Assembly: GCA_002772995.1 (NCBI GenBank)
Contig: PFCO01000001.1
Span: forward strand, 64,244-128,243
Direction of reading: 5' to 3'
Origin: Candidatus Niyogibacteria bacterium CG10_big_fil_rev_8_21_14_0_10_46_36
Lineage (GTDB): Bacteria > Patescibacteriota > Minisyncoccia > 1-14-0-10-42-19
Length of the DNA stretch: 64,000 bases
Shown here piece by piece: positions 1-10,493 of this stretch (positions within the stretch are counted from its first letter, which is position 1; each line of letters opens with the position of its first letter). The notes below the pieces were generated by a model that ran no database searches, was not told where the DNA came from, and saw nothing but the letters and a program-made list of their open reading frames with translations. A program made the position numbers and the translations under genes.

Positions 1-794
1 CGTTTTAAAAACGCGTGCCTTTGCACGTGCACTTTGATATACAGGTCTCCCGGAGCGCCATTCGCAATTGCTTCGCCTTGTCCTGTCATCCGTATCATCT
101 CACCATGCTCAATGCCGGGCGGAACGACAACGGTAATCTCTTCTTCGCGCTTTTCAATACCTACGCCTCCGCAGGTTTTACACTTTTTATCGGGGATAGC
201 TCCTTTTCCTTGGCACTCTTTACATTCCTGAAGCATATGCACAGCGCCAAAAAAGGTCTGGCGCTGTTCGCGCACCGACCCTGATCCGTTGCAGGTTTTG
301 CATTGTTCTGTTTTTGAGCCTTCTTCGGCACCCGAACCCTTGCAGATTTTGCATGCGCCGGTCTTGCGGAGTACTATCGTGCGCGTAGCCCCGAATATTG
401 AATCTTCAAACGGGAGCTCAATATCTATTGAAATATCGTGGCCACGCTTCTGGCGCTTGCGCGCTCCGCCCCCAAAACCGAACATACCCTCAAAAATATC
501 TGAAAATCCACCGAAGTCCTGTCCGCCAAAGTCAGCATTCTGCCAGAAATTCGGGTCAAATCCCTGCGAACCCCTGCCCGCGCCGCTAAATGCACGCCCG
601 TACTGGTCGTATTGCGTTCGACGTGTATCATCCGAGAGCACATAGTAGGCTTCGCTTATTTCTTTGAATTTTTTCTCATCCCCCCCCTGTTTGTCCGGGT
701 GGTATTTATGAGCAAGCTTCCGATACGCCTTTTTGATGTCGTCTTTGGAGGCGCCCTTTTCTATGCCGAGAACCTGATAATAATCAACGCTCAT
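1..794 (-). CDS. dnaJ: Chaperone DnaJ (partial; C-terminus runs off window start)
   Basis: Manual translation of minus strand from ATG at 794: [38 protein letters not shown]... (J-domain with HPD motif), Gly/Phe-rich linker, four CxxCxGxG zinc-finger repeats ([32 protein letters not shown]). No stop before position 1. Not in ORF track because it lacks an in-window stop. Confidence 0.9.
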   Translation of the reverse strand, partial: MSVDYYQVLGIEKGASKDDIKKAYRKLAHKYHPDKQGGDEKKFKEISEAYYVLSDDTRRTQYDQYGRAFSGAGRGSQGFDPNFWQNADFGGQDFGGFSDIFEGMFGFGGGARKRQKRGHDISIDIELPFEDSIFGATRTIVLRKTGACKICKGSGAEEGSKTEQCKTCNGSGSVREQRQTFFGAVHMLQECKECQGKGAIPDKKCKTCGGVGIEKREEEITVVVPPGIEHGEMIRMTGQGEAIANGAPGDLYIKVHVQRHAFLK

Positions 795-796
795 AC

Positions 797-2704
797 TTAT
801 TTTTGTTCGTCTTTTTTATCGACATCCTCATGCTCCACATCATGCGTTTTTACGCCTCCCTCGCTCGCCGTATCCGCATTACCGTCTTTCTCTTTTTCCT
901 GGGCCTGCTTGTAAAGTACTTCACCAATTTTAGCAAGTGCTTGAGAGAGTTCTTTTGACGCGTTTTCTATCTCCTCCTTAGAGCCGGATTCTTTGAGTTT
1001 CTTTAGTGTTTCTATCTTTGCATTCACATCGTCCCGCACGCCTGCTTCTACCTTATCCCCCGCATCACGCAGTGATTTCTCCGCAGAATAAACAAGGGTA
1101 TCAGCAGCATTTTTGACATCAATGGACTCGCGCTTTTTCTTGTCTTCTTCAGCATGTGCTTCCGCGTCCTTCTTCATCTTTTCTACTTCTTCTTTTGAAA
1201 GCCCGCTTGAGCCCTCGATGCGCACGGATTGAGTTTTACCGGTCGCTTTATCTTTTGCAGACACGCTCAAAATACCGTTTGCATCAATGTCGAATTTTAC
1301 TTCAACCTGCGGGATGCCGCGGGGCGACGGCGGAATGCCGTCTAATATAAACCGTCCGAGCGTTTTGTTGTCACCTGCCATCTCACGCTCTCCCTGGAGC
1401 ACATGAATCTCAACCGATGTCTGATTATCAGCTGCAGTAGAAAATACTTGTGTACGCTCCACCGGCACGGTAGTATTTTTTTCAATAAGCCGCGTCATAA
1501 CGCCCCCGAGCGTTTCAAGCCCCAATGATAAAGGCGTCACATCAAGCAACAGCACATCTTTTACATCTCCCTGTAAAATCCCCGCTTGCACCGCAGCACC
1601 ATCCGCAACCACCTCATCAGGATTAATGGTCTTATTTGGCTCTTTGCCGAATAATTCCTTTACGGCCCTCTGAATAGCAGGCATCCGTGTCTGTCCGCCG
1701 ACAAGAATAATTTCGTCAATTTGGGAAATCTCAAAGCCCGCTTCTTTCACTGCGCGCTTCGTAATCTCAATTGAGCGCGAAATATATTCGCCCACAAGGT
1801 CTTCAAATTTTGCACGGGAAAGTTTTACAAGCAAATGCTTAGGACCGGATGCATCTGATGTAATAAACGGAATATTTATTTCAGTTTCCGGCGTTGAAGA
1901 CAATTCGTGTTTTGCTTTTTCTGCAGCATCCTTTAGCCGCTGGAGCGCAAGGGTATCTTTAGAAATATCAATACCCGAATCCTTTTTGAATTCATCTACA
2001 AGCCATTCAATTATCGTCTGGTCAAAATCATCACCTCCGAGATGTGTATCACCGTCGGTTGATTTTACTTCTATTGTGTCGTTTGAAACCTCAAGCACCG
2101 ATACATCAAATGTCCCTCCCCCAAAGTCATATACTACAATCTGCTCATCATTTTTCTTGTTAAATCCATACGCAAGAGCGGCCGCTGTCGGTTCGTTCAG
2201 AATACGACGGACTTTCAGCCCTGCAATTTCGCCCGCATCTTTTGTAGCTTTGCGCTGTGAATCGTCAAAATACGCAGGCACCGTGATGATTGCTTCTTCT
2301 ATCTTTTCTCCAAGTTTCGCTTCAGCGTCATGCTTGAGCTTCTGGAGTATCATTGCCGACATCTCTTCCGGGCGGTACCACTTTTCGCCCATCTTTACCT
2401 CCACCCCTCCCGCGCTTGATTCGCGCATTTCATACGGCATGAGTTTTTTATCTTTTTGCACCTCCGGGTCAGAAAACTTCCGCCCAATAAAGCGTTTTAC
2501 CGAATATACTGTATTCTGCGGGTTGGTTACTGCTTGGCGCTTCGCAAGAAGTCCTGCGAGCCGTTCGTTTGATTTTGAAAGTGCGACCATAGACGGCGTG
2601 GTACGCGCGCCTTCGGTGCTTTCTAATATTTTGGGCTCTCCTCCCTCAACCACTGCCATTGCGGAGTTGGTTGTCCCAAGGTCAATTCCTAATATCTTTG
2701 CCAT
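797..2704 (-). CDS. dnaK: Chaperone DnaK (Hsp70), 635 aa
   Basis: N-terminus [22 protein letters not shown]..., [10 protein letters not shown], canonical Hsp70 motifs throughout; stop 3 nt upstream of dnaJ start. Confidence 0.97.
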   Translation of the reverse strand: MAKILGIDLGTTNSAMAVVEGGEPKILESTEGARTTPSMVALSKSNERLAGLLAKRQAVTNPQNTVYSVKRFIGRKFSDPEVQKDKKLMPYEMRESSAGGVEVKMGEKWYRPEEMSAMILQKLKHDAEAKLGEKIEEAIITVPAYFDDSQRKATKDAGEIAGLKVRRILNEPTAAALAYGFNKKNDEQIVVYDFGGGTFDVSVLEVSNDTIEVKSTDGDTHLGGDDFDQTIIEWLVDEFKKDSGIDISKDTLALQRLKDAAEKAKHELSSTPETEINIPFITSDASGPKHLLVKLSRAKFEDLVGEYISRSIEITKRAVKEAGFEISQIDEIILVGGQTRMPAIQRAVKELFGKEPNKTINPDEVVADGAAVQAGILQGDVKDVLLLDVTPLSLGLETLGGVMTRLIEKNTTVPVERTQVFSTAADNQTSVEIHVLQGEREMAGDNKTLGRFILDGIPPSPRGIPQVEVKFDIDANGILSVSAKDKATGKTQSVRIEGSSGLSKEEVEKMKKDAEAHAEEDKKKRESIDVKNAADTLVYSAEKSLRDAGDKVEAGVRDDVNAKIETLKKLKESGSKEEIENASKELSQALAKIGEVLYKQAQEKEKDGNADTASEGGVKTHDVEHEDVDKKDEQK

Positions 2705-2734
2705 AGTATTGTGATAAATATATTAATGTAATAA

Positions 2735-3265
2735 TTATTCTTTTGAGAGCTTTACGCGTGATGCACGGATGACTTTTCCATGCATGCGGTAGCCTCGTTG
2801 TGTCTCTTCGGCGACCGTGCCCGGCGGGGCGTCTGATTCGGTCTCGCCTACGCTTTCGTGTATCATCATATCAAATGGGTCTCCTGCGCGTACTGGAATT
2901 ACTTCTGCTCCCTTCCGGCGCAACACATCTTCAAGCTGGCTCCGTATCATTAAAATTCCCTTTTCTATGTCGCTCCCTTCCGCATGTTTGAGTGCAAGAT
3001 CAAAACTATCAAGTACGGGGAGGATATCATGTACCATGCCTTCCGTTGCAAAGCGTGCGAGCGCCTGTTTCCGTTCTGCTTCGTCCTTCTTGTGATTGAT
3101 AAGGTCGGCTTTTGCGCGCTGCCATCCTTCCAGATACTCTTGTTTTTCCTTTCTGCATGCCGCGAGATCCGTGCGCAGCTTGTCTATCCGTCCTTCTGCC
3201 CTGTCTTCGCCTTCTTCTACGATCTCAATGTCGTCGTCTTCTTTTTTGTGTTTTGCTCGTGTCAT
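2735..3265 (-). CDS. grpE: Nucleotide exchange factor GrpE, 176 aa
   Basis: Coiled-coil N-term, then GrpE core (RAKADLINHKKDEAER..., GTVAEETQRGYRMHGKVIRASRVKL); sits between hrcA and dnaK. Confidence 0.9.
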   Translation of the reverse strand: MTRAKHKKEDDDIEIVEEGEDRAEGRIDKLRTDLAACRKEKQEYLEGWQRAKADLINHKKDEAERKQALARFATEGMVHDILPVLDSFDLALKHAEGSDIEKGILMIRSQLEDVLRRKGAEVIPVRAGDPFDMMIHESVGETESDAPPGTVAEETQRGYRMHGKVIRASRVKLSKE

Positions 3266-3948
3266 ATTGATTGTAAAAATCTTCGTATAACATCAGTCGC
3301 CCGTTCGTAATCCATGCGTTTCGGGCCGATAGAAATAATAATGCTTGAGCGCGTCGGCCGCCCTACAACTGAACTAAAATGCGAGCCGTCCGGAAACGGA
3401 TTTTCTTTCCCAATAAATACCTGCGGCGCGCTACTCTCATACTGATAAAAATATTTCATACGGTCATGTGCTTCTTCTACGAACGATGCAAACGCGCGCG
3501 CTACATCATATTCGCGGAATTCCGGCTCATCAAAGAGCTCGTCCATCCCCGCCCACAACACAGAATTTTTATCCAAACTCATCATAGTAAAGAGGCCGGT
3601 CTCTTCCGCAAGCTCGTGGACAAACCGATGAAGCGCGGGGACGCTTTCCGGAAGGCGCTCCTCTTTTTGACGCATTCTCGATTCTTCTGCAAGTATCGTG
3701 TCTACAAAATACCGGTATGCCTTATCTGTAGGAACACGCCCCGCAGAAGTGTGCGGCTGTTCTAAGTACCCCTCGTCATCAAGCCGCATCATTATATTGC
3801 GGACTGTTGCGGGGCTTGCCTTGTAGCGGATGTTCCGCGCAATACGAGCAGAAGACACCGGCTCTGCGGTGTGGATATAGTCCCGGATAACATGTTCCAG
3901 AATTGAAAAATCACGGTCTGTTGCTTCCATTGTTTCCATCATAGACAA
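3262..3948 (-). CDS. hrcA: Heat-inducible transcription repressor HrcA (short form, ~226 aa)
   Basis: N-terminal winged-helix region (RDYIHTAEPVSSARIARNIRYKASPATVRNIMMRLDDEGYLEQPHTSAGRVPT). 4-nt overlap with grpE. CIRCE operator immediately upstream. Track start is TTG at 3948; in-frame ATGs at 3940/3937 are the more likely starts. Confidence 0.8.
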   Translation of the reverse strand: MSMMETMEATDRDFSILEHVIRDYIHTAEPVSSARIARNIRYKASPATVRNIMMRLDDEGYLEQPHTSAGRVPTDKAYRYFVDTILAEESRMRQKEERLPESVPALHRFVHELAEETGLFTMMSLDKNSVLWAGMDELFDEPEFREYDVARAFASFVEEAHDRMKYFYQYESSAPQVFIGKENPFPDGSHFSSVVGRPTRSSIIISIGPKRMDYERATDVIRRFLQSI

Positions 3949-3949
3949 A

Positions 3950-3976
3950 TTAGCACTCCCATGTCAAGAGTGCTAA
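3950..3976. promoter_or_regulatory. CIRCE operator (HrcA binding site), perfect consensus
   Basis: TTAGCACTC-ccatgtcaa-GAGTGCTAA read directly at 3950-3976, abutting the hrcA start. Confidence 0.92.
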
Positions 3977-4081
3977 TTTGTATTTTGTACAAACAAAAAG
4001 AGGGATGCTTTGAGCTTCCCTCTTTTAAGTGATTTTTTATATTTCGTTACAAATTTTTCCCTTTACGATACGGAGCCTCTG

Positions 4082-4675
4082 CTACCTTCTCCCTCGTTGT
4101 CTTCCATGCTGGCGCCTTTGTGAAGCCGAGCCTTTATTCCATGCGCTACTTCTTCCTCGTTCCATCTTACCGTTCTGATACCGCTTTCCTTGGGAGTACC
4201 CCTGGTATTGATGGTGCTTATTACGATTGATGCGCTTATCACGAACCGGCGCTGGAGCTGGGGTGGCAGCAGGCCTAGAATGATCTTTGTGCATTCTTTC
4301 TCTGTATTTTACAGGAAGCCCGTGAGAGTGTTGATGGCTCTTATGATGCCCCTTCCGGCCATGGTGCTTATCATGATGATCTGGCTTCTTGTCTGGGGTA
4401 GTGACAGGCGGCCTTGAGGGACGCTCTCCATGATCTTTGTCTTTCTTATGGTCTTTGTGTTTCTTGCAGTCTTTTTTGGGGTGCTTTTTATGTTTTGGCT
4501 TCTTGTTGGGCGGTGGCACTGGGTCCCCTTTACCTAACTGATGGAGCCACTCCCATGTCAGCATCGTTCCCCCTGTTTCCGTCTGATACGCATTTGCGCC
4601 AAACGAAAATGTGAGAGCAAGCATAAAAACCAACAGAAAAAACTGAATACTTCTCTTAGCAAACTCATACACCAT
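4082..4675 (-). CDS. Secreted histidine/lysine-rich low-complexity protein (hypothetical), 197 aa
   Basis: N-terminal signal peptide (MVYEFAKRSIQFFLLVFMLALTFSFGANA), then HKKHPKKDCKKHKDHKKDKDH... and DHHDKHHGRKGHHKSHQHSHG repeats. Strong SD (GGAGGAGG) 6 nt upstream of ATG. Confidence 0.6.
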   Translation of the reverse strand: MVYEFAKRSIQFFLLVFMLALTFSFGANAYQTETGGTMLTWEWLHQLGKGDPVPPPNKKPKHKKHPKKDCKKHKDHKKDKDHGERPSRPPVTTPDKKPDHHDKHHGRKGHHKSHQHSHGLPVKYRERMHKDHSRPAATPAPAPVRDKRINRNKHHQYQGYSQGKRYQNGKMERGRSSAWNKGSASQRRQHGRQRGRR

Positions 4676-4726
4676 AATAACCTCCTCCGTACTCTGTATT
4701 TTTTAATGCACAAATGTATAGTGCGA

Positions 4727-4770
4727 ATTATATAGTATATATAAAAAAATGTCAAGAGTATGCGCTCTTG
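4727..4770 (-). promoter_or_regulatory. Sigma70-like promoter (TTGACA-17-TATAAT) with overlapping inverted repeat CAAGAG-N6-CTCTTG
   Basis: Minus-strand -10 TATAAT (plus 4727-4732), 17-nt spacer, -35 TTGACA (plus 4750-4755). Palindrome 4753-4770 overlaps the -35 element. Confidence 0.6.
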
Positions 4771-4799
4771 GCTCTATTCATAGAAATGTGCGCATACAT

Positions 4800-4836
4800 A
4801 AACGGCTCACACCCCCGTGTGAGCCGTTTATTTTTC
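4800..4836. terminator. Intrinsic terminator-like hairpin downstream of rpsI
   Basis: aaacggctcacac-cccc-gtgtgagccgttt followed by TTTATTTTT. Perfect 13-bp stem. Confidence 0.6.
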
Positions 4837-4852
4837 CTCCAAGTGCGCTAGA

Positions 4853-5269
4853 CTACCGCTTGCTCCACTGTGGAGCTTTTCTTGCCTTTTTCAGTCCAAA
4901 TTTTCTTCGTTCTTTCACTCGCGGGTCGCGCTTTAAAAATCCAGGCCGCTTGAGTTTTTTACGGATACTTTCGTCTTCTTTTACAAGAGCACGCGCAATC
5001 GCATGGCGGATGGCTTCTGCCTGCCCCCGTATGCCGCCTCCCTGTACTTTTATCGTAATGCGGTACCCGCTTGTTTTTTTGAGCTTTTCTAACGGCTCAA
5101 ACACCGCCCGCTGTAATTCATCAATTGAAAAGAATTTTTCTACCGGCTTGTCGTTAATGGTGATGTGTACTTTTTTTTGCTTATCGTCGGCAAAAACGCG
5201 AGCGCGTGCACTTGCGGTCTTCCGCCGTCCTACGGTTTCGATGTATGTTTCTTTTACTGCTGTAGGCAT
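4853..5269 (-). CDS. rpsI: 30S ribosomal protein S9
   Basis: [19 protein letters not shown]..., C-terminal [12 protein letters not shown]. Confidence 0.93.
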   Translation of the reverse strand: MPTAVKETYIETVGRRKTASARARVFADDKQKKVHITINDKPVEKFFSIDELQRAVFEPLEKLKKTSGYRITIKVQGGGIRGQAEAIRHAIARALVKEDESIRKKLKRPGFLKRDPRVKERRKFGLKKARKAPQWSKR

Positions 5270-5273
5270 ACTA

Positions 5274-5642
5274 TTATTTTTCTATCGTAAGATATTTAAT
5301 AAATTGCTTTCTCAGTTTGTTTTTCGGGAGCATGCCCCATACGGCAGTACGGATAATTTCGGTAGGGTCTTTTTCAAGTTGTTCCTCGTATGTGCGCTTT
5401 TTGAGCCCTGACGGATACCCGGTGAAACGGGTGTATATTTTTTGCTTTTGCTTCTGACCCGAAACTTTTACCTTTGAAGCATTCGTGATTTTTACCGGTA
5501 CCGGCTTTAATTCGTGGCGTTCATAGGATGGCTTATCCTTGCCCATGAGGGTATACGCGATACGCGTCGCAAGACGGCCCAAAATCTGGCCTTCGGCATC
5601 AATGATTATTTCTTCCTGTTTTGTCGGTGTGTCTGTTTTCAT
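5274..5642 (-). CDS. rplM: 50S ribosomal protein L13
   Basis: [38 protein letters not shown]... Start chosen at the internal ATG (MKTDT) to avoid overlap with rplQ; track ORF extends to 5678. Confidence 0.9.
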   Translation of the reverse strand: MKTDTPTKQEEIIIDAEGQILGRLATRIAYTLMGKDKPSYERHELKPVPVKITNASKVKVSGQKQKQKIYTRFTGYPSGLKKRTYEEQLEKDPTEIIRTAVWGMLPKNKLRKQFIKYLTIEK

Positions 5643-5646
5643 ATGA

Positions 5647-5994
5647 TTATACAAGCTCAATGACCGCCATTCGGGCACTGTCCCCCTTGCGCGGATTTGC
5701 TTTCATGATGCGGGTATACCCGCCGTTCCGCTCTTTGTAGCGGGGACCTACGACTTCAAATAATTGCTTAACCGCGCGGTTATCAAGCGACTCTGCTGCG
5801 CGCCGCCGTGCAACGACAGAACCGGTCCGCGCCTTTGTTATCATCTTTTCGGCATCTATCCGCAGCACCTTTGCCTTTGCCTCGGTGGTCTTTATCTTGC
5901 CCGAAAGAATAAGTGAGCGAAGCAAACTCCGGCGGAGAGCATTCCGCGAATTTCGTTTTCTTCCTAAAATTTTTCCCTTCTTTCGGTGTCGCAT
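5647..5994 (-). CDS. rplQ: 50S ribosomal protein L17
   Basis: MRHRKKGKILGRKRNSRNALRRSL... typical L17. Confidence 0.93.
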   Translation of the reverse strand: MRHRKKGKILGRKRNSRNALRRSLLRSLILSGKIKTTEAKAKVLRIDAEKMITKARTGSVVARRRAAESLDNRAVKQLFEVVGPRYKERNGGYTRIMKANPRKGDSARMAVIELV

Positions 5995-5999
5995 AATAA

Positions 6000-6980
6000 T
6001 TATTCCCTCAATGTAAGACCCATGCCGTCAAGAACCTGCTTGATATCCTCTACCGCCTTCTCTCCGATACCTTCGAGCTTCATGAGGTCCTCAGGGGTCT
6101 TTTTTACCAAACCGCCGACGGTACGGATGCCTGCGTGCGAAAGCGCATTCAATACGCGTCCTGAAAAGTTCAGCTCTTCAATGCGCACTTTCAATACATC
6201 AGACAAATCGCCTTCTTGGCCCGCACCCTCGTCTTTATCTTCTTCCTTGCTGTCTATTTTTTCTTCAATAATTGGCGTTTCTTCCTCCTCAACAAATCCG
6301 ATAATTGCCTTTAGCTGCTCTATCATGATGGTAATTGATTTTTCGAGCGCTTCGCGCGGGGTGAGTGTGCCGTCAGTCTCAATGGTTATACGGAGCCGGT
6401 TAAAGTCTGTCCGGTCGCCCACACGCATGTTCTCTACTTCGTAACGGACACGCCGTATCGGAGTGAACACCGCATCAAGCATCATGGAGCCGATGTCCAT
6501 CTTTTTCTTTTGCTGTGCCGCGTCATGCGCGCGGTACCCGAGTCCCTTTTCTACAGTTACTTCCATAGAGATAGAACTTTCCTTATCCGTAAGAGTTGCA
6601 ATCATGAGTTCCGGATTTGCGAGCTCAAGCTGAGTCGGGACCTTAAAGTCTTTTGCCGTAATCTCCTTCGCACCCTTTACCTGAAGGGTAAGTTTTTGCG
6701 GCTCATCTGAATGCGCTTTCACGCGGAGCTGTTTTAGGTTCAGGAGAATAGTAACAACATCTTCTTTTACGCCGTCGATTGTTGAGAACATGTGCTTTAC
6801 TCCTTCTATTTTTACTTCAGTCGCGGCAGCGCCCGGCAAAGATGACAACAGAATGCGGCGTAACGCATTGCCAAATGTGTGGCCATACCCGGGATACAAG
6901 CCGTCTATTTCGTACACCCCTGTCATTTTCTCTTCGGAAATAACGCGGGGTTTTGATGGCAGTATGATTGATTTATCCAT
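6000..6980 (-). CDS. rpoA: DNA-directed RNA polymerase subunit alpha
   Basis: NTD motifs (GYGHTFGNALRRILLSSLPGAA) and CTD (LNFSGRVLNALSHAGIRTVGGLV). Confidence 0.95.
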   Translation of the reverse strand: MDKSIILPSKPRVISEEKMTGVYEIDGLYPGYGHTFGNALRRILLSSLPGAAATEVKIEGVKHMFSTIDGVKEDVVTILLNLKQLRVKAHSDEPQKLTLQVKGAKEITAKDFKVPTQLELANPELMIATLTDKESSISMEVTVEKGLGYRAHDAAQQKKKMDIGSMMLDAVFTPIRRVRYEVENMRVGDRTDFNRLRITIETDGTLTPREALEKSITIMIEQLKAIIGFVEEEETPIIEEKIDSKEEDKDEGAGQEGDLSDVLKVRIEELNFSGRVLNALSHAGIRTVGGLVKKTPEDLMKLEGIGEKAVEDIKQVLDGMGLTLRE

Positions 6981-7017
6981 ATATGAAAAACTCTGAATGA
7001 TAATACATTATTAAAAA

Positions 7018-7638
7018 TTAACGCGAATAAAATTCCATGACATTGTTCAGGTTCGCCGGAATATCGAAGACATCAATATGCGGCATCCCTTTGACTGTTC
7101 CGGTGAATGTCTTTTTGTCCAACAAAAGCCACCCTGCAACGGCATGATTTTTTAAGCGGATTTCAAGATCAGCAAACAATCCCTTCCCTTGGCTTTGCGG
7201 ACGCAACGATACCACATCGCCTTCCCGTACCTGGAATGACGGGATATTCACCCGTCTGCCGTTTACATGGATATGTCCATGCGAAACAATCTGGCGTGCC
7301 TGTGAGCGCGATGTTGCCAACCCCAAGCGGTACACGACATTATCCAGCCGCTTTTCTAAAAAGGCTACCAAGCGGTTTGAACTCATGCCATCTTTTACCA
7401 CCATTGCTTTCATGACATAGTTACGGAATTGTCGCTCCCGAAGCCCATACGAAAACTTCACCACCTGCTTTTCTTTGAGCTGGGTTCCGTACTCGGATAA
7501 TCCGCGGCGCCGTCCTCCTCTGCCTCGTCCCGGAGCGGTTCCCGGCGGATAGGGCTTTCGCTTCACGGCACAGCGTTCGCGGCCGCATACCGAAACTCCT
7601 AATCGTCTGCATTTTTTACATGTAATGATGGTTGCCAT
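7018..7638 (-). CDS. rpsD: 30S ribosomal protein S4
   Basis: N-terminal Cys zinc-ribbon ([17 protein letters not shown]), S4 domain, [33 protein letters not shown]. Confidence 0.93.
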   Translation of the reverse strand: MATIITCKKCRRLGVSVCGRERCAVKRKPYPPGTAPGRGRGGRRRGLSEYGTQLKEKQVVKFSYGLRERQFRNYVMKAMVVKDGMSSNRLVAFLEKRLDNVVYRLGLATSRSQARQIVSHGHIHVNGRRVNIPSFQVREGDVVSLRPQSQGKGLFADLEIRLKNHAVAGWLLLDKKTFTGTVKGMPHIDVFDIPANLNNVMEFYSR

Positions 7639-7652
7639 ACAAATATAAATTA

Positions 7653-8087
7653 TTATACGCGGCGCGGCTTTGGCGCTTTCGGTCCGTTGTGCGGGATTGG
7701 CGTTACATCGCGTATTGCGTCAACGCCTATACCGGAACCAATAAGCGTACGGATTGCTGACTCGCGTCCCGCGCCCACTCCTTTTACAAAAATATCAATA
7801 TGGGAAACCCCCACCATTTTCGCCTTCTCAACAATAAGCTCAACTACTTTTGATGCCGCGTACGGCGTGCCTTTGCGTGCGCCCTTAAACCCCATAGCGC
7901 CCGCAGTTGACCAGATGAGCATGTTGCCCTTTTCATCAGAAAATCCGACCATCGTATTGTTATACGTAGCCTGGATATGCACATGCCCCTTTTCGAGCTT
8001 GCGCTTTGGGAGCCTGCTCAACGCGCGGGATTTTAAATCCGCGTTCACGCCGCTTCCTGATTTTCTTGCTATACGCTTTTTACCCAT
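7653..8087 (-). CDS. rpsK: 30S ribosomal protein S11
   Basis: [42 protein letters not shown]... Confidence 0.93.
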   Translation of the reverse strand: MGKKRIARKSGSGVNADLKSRALSRLPKRKLEKGHVHIQATYNNTMVGFSDEKGNMLIWSTAGAMGFKGARKGTPYAASKVVELIVEKAKMVGVSHIDIFVKGVGAGRESAIRTLIGSGIGVDAIRDVTPIPHNGPKAPKPRRV

Positions 8088-8088
8088 A

Positions 8089-8475
8089 TTACTTCTTCTC
8101 TAATTTTCGCTTACCGGAACCCATGGTCTGGCGGACATTTCCTCTGCGGGTCCGTGAATTTGTTTTTGTACGCTGTCCGTGCACGGGCAGATTTCTCATG
8201 TGGCGAGTGCCCCGATATGCTTTAATGTCTTTTAATCGCTTTATGTTCGTACGAATGTCGCGGCGCAAGTCTCCTTCTATCGTCATCTGTCCCTCAATAA
8301 TCGCACGGAGGCGATTTACTTCATCAGGAGTTAATTCAGAGACTTTCTTATCCACACCTATCTTTGCCGATTCCGCAATACGACGCGCCAAAGAACGCCC
8401 AATGCCATAAATGGAAGGTAGCGCAAATTCTATTCTTTTATTTTCAGGAATTTCTACTCCTGCAATGCGTGGCAT
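8089..8475 (-). CDS. rpsM: 30S ribosomal protein S13
   Basis: MPRIAGVEIPENKRIEFALPSIYGIGRSLARRI... KAYRGTRHMRNLPVHGQRTKTNSRTRRG. Confidence 0.95.
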   Translation of the reverse strand: MPRIAGVEIPENKRIEFALPSIYGIGRSLARRIAESAKIGVDKKVSELTPDEVNRLRAIIEGQMTIEGDLRRDIRTNIKRLKDIKAYRGTRHMRNLPVHGQRTKTNSRTRRGNVRQTMGSGKRKLEKK

Positions 8476-8486
8476 ATGTGTTTTAT

Positions 8487-8600
8487 TTATCCTTGCCGTT
8501 GTTTATGTTTTGGATTTTTGCAAATAACACGCACTCTTCCCTTGCGTCGTATAACTTTACAATCACTACAAATTTTCTTTACTGATGCGCGTACTTTCAT
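8487..8600 (-). CDS. rpmJ: 50S ribosomal protein L36 (37 aa); absent from ORF track because it is short
   Basis: Manual translation: [37 protein letters not shown], a canonical L36 with CxxC...C zinc ribbon; lies between rpsM and infA as in the conserved alpha-operon neighbourhood. Confidence 0.9.
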   Translation of the reverse strand: MKVRASVKKICSDCKVIRRKGRVRVICKNPKHKQRQG

Positions 8601-8606
8601 ATGTTT

Positions 8607-8834
8607 TTACATTCGCTGAATGATTCTCCCCTTTGCAGAGTCGTAATCGTCCATTTCCATCTTTACCTTATCGCCAACCAATACCTTAATGCGATACATC
8701 CGCATCTTCCCCGACAAATGAGCAAAAACAAGGCCTTCGCCGCCTTCTACATCAACACGGAATGTAGCATTTGGCAAGGCCTCAACAACAACTCCTGTCT
8801 TTATTTCCTTCTCTTTTCTTCCTTCTTTTGTCAT
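8607..8834 (-). CDS. infA: Translation initiation factor IF-1
   Basis: S1-like fold sequence [46 protein letters not shown]. Confidence 0.93.
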   Translation of the reverse strand: MTKEGRKEKEIKTGVVVEALPNATFRVDVEGGEGLVFAHLSGKMRMYRIKVLVGDKVKMEMDDYDSAKGRIIQRM

Positions 8835-8991
8835 TCAATGAATAAGAATAGTGTAGATAAAATGATAAATAAAGTCAATAACCACGCTCTCCGTGGCCAA
8901 AAAGCCTTATTTTCTATGCTTTTATGCTATCACGCCAAAATATAATACAAAAGAAGCCCACAGGCTCCTCCCTTCTGCTGCCGAAAGCATA

Positions 8992-10461
8992 CTAAGGGGA
9001 ATCAAACAGCCGCCGCTCAATGATAATTTTATCGGTGTTATTTGGGAATACTCGCCACCATGACGGGAAAAACGAGATTGCCGCTTCTTCTATAGATGCG
9101 TACTGTGAAAATATACGCACCTGTTTTCGGTAATCAGCATGCGCCAAGGCGGAGGTAAGGCCGTCATAGTCAATATGCCACGCAACATGCGCAAGACCCT
9201 GAATGCGAAGCGTCATGGTTCCTGCGTCAAAATCAACATCTTCGGTACTATATGACAGGTCATGGACGTTTACGATATCAAATGCCTCCGGATCGGTATC
9301 ATCTTTCGCAAGATACTTATTGATTATCTCTGCTTCTATTGTTTCAAAAGAGACCGCAAGGCCGTCTAGCCGAAGCGACATGTTAAGCGTGAGCTGGTCT
9401 GCAGGCTTGCCAATATCGGCAGAAAAATCTTTCGCAATGGTTGTGATTCGGGATGCGCCTGCCGGGATCAAAAGACCCTCGGGAAGCTCGTTTGTCGCCT
9501 GCCGTTTCAGTTCTTCGGATAGCTGAGTCTGGAGCGATGAAGAAAGATCCGCCGCATCTTTTTCTGTTACTACGCGCGTTTTTCCTTTAAACCCGCCGGT
9601 CATGCCGGCAAATGAACGCGCATAGAATTTATCAAACCGCGGAGAGCCTTTAAATCCGGGGATAGTGAATTCGGCGGGACCAATATTATATTCTTCGCCC
9701 GGCTCGTCGGCGTACACTATCACTTCAATAGAGGACGCCTCTATCGTCCCATCTTTTACATTGGCGCCGGGCACAGTTACTTGTTCAGCAATACGGTATA
9801 TCTTTCCATCTTCCGTTTCAAACCGCGTACGCCTAACAAGCACCTGCGGGTCAGAGCTGAATTCGTTGTAGATGGTCAGCTTGCCCGAAGCCTTTTCCTC
9901 CACATCTTTTTCTCCCTGCGTTTCTGCCCTTCCCTCTATCGTTTCTTCAAGATGGACTGTCTCCACTCGCGCCCCCGTGCTCTCGCTTGCAGAAAACTTT
10001 ACCAAGGTATCAATATTAAAAAACTCCTGATGAGGCGTTACCGCAACCGTCACGCCGGACATCATATCAACAATAAGCAAAAACAGCGTGAACGCAAGAA
10101 CGCCGTATAAAATAAAAAATGGACGCGTACCATACCATCGGCGAGTGCCGTTTCCTTGCGGCTCTGAACGCTTCCGCTTTGTTGTTTTCGGCTTGAATGA
10201 TTTTTGTGTATGCGCAGGCTTCATCTTTGCAAAGAAAGAATCCGCCTTTACGGTATGCGCCTCTGTTTTAACCACGGATACCGGCGCAGAAAAATCTTCT
10301 TGTTTTTCTGCAAAAGAAACCTTTGGCTCTTCTTCTTTTTTCGGTGCTACCCGCCGTATCGGAATATGCGCGCCCGGTTTTGATACGCCCGAAGAAGCCG
10401 TTTTTTTAACGACCATATCGTGCATGAGGGGCTTTTTGTTGTTATGAGGAGATGGTGTCAT
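8992..10461 (-). CDS. Hypothetical bitopic membrane protein, 489 aa
   Basis: ~110-aa K/P-rich disordered N-terminal region, one TM helix (FFILYGVLAFTLFLLIV), large extracytoplasmic domain. No recognisable family. Confidence 0.5.
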   Translation of the reverse strand: MTPSPHNNKKPLMHDMVVKKTASSGVSKPGAHIPIRRVAPKKEEEPKVSFAEKQEDFSAPVSVVKTEAHTVKADSFFAKMKPAHTQKSFKPKTTKRKRSEPQGNGTRRWYGTRPFFILYGVLAFTLFLLIVDMMSGVTVAVTPHQEFFNIDTLVKFSASESTGARVETVHLEETIEGRAETQGEKDVEEKASGKLTIYNEFSSDPQVLVRRTRFETEDGKIYRIAEQVTVPGANVKDGTIEASSIEVIVYADEPGEEYNIGPAEFTIPGFKGSPRFDKFYARSFAGMTGGFKGKTRVVTEKDAADLSSSLQTQLSEELKRQATNELPEGLLIPAGASRITTIAKDFSADIGKPADQLTLNMSLRLDGLAVSFETIEAEIINKYLAKDDTDPEAFDIVNVHDLSYSTEDVDFDAGTMTLRIQGLAHVAWHIDYDGLTSALAHADYRKQVRIFSQYASIEEAAISFFPSWWRVFPNNTDKIIIERRLFDSP

Positions 10462-10493
10462 ATGCCAAAAATGAGGGGCTTTTTTTAATAGTA

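Noticed and set aside
1986-2714. 242-aa plus-strand ORF antisense to dnaK (similar long antisense ORFs at 4749..5411, 5986..6444, 12961..13308, 34848..35069 and 52158..54872)
   Set aside because: These sit entirely inside, and antisense to, strongly supported conserved genes. They have Ser/Pro/Arg-rich low-complexity translations and no start-site signals, so they are shadow ORFs.
4749-4760. Motif atgtcaagagt shared between the CIRCE right half-site region (3961-3971) and the promoter palindrome at 4749-4760
   Set aside because: Only the right arm is shared. The second site lacks the TTAGCACTC left arm, so it is not a CIRCE; the 11-mer coincidence is likely chance.
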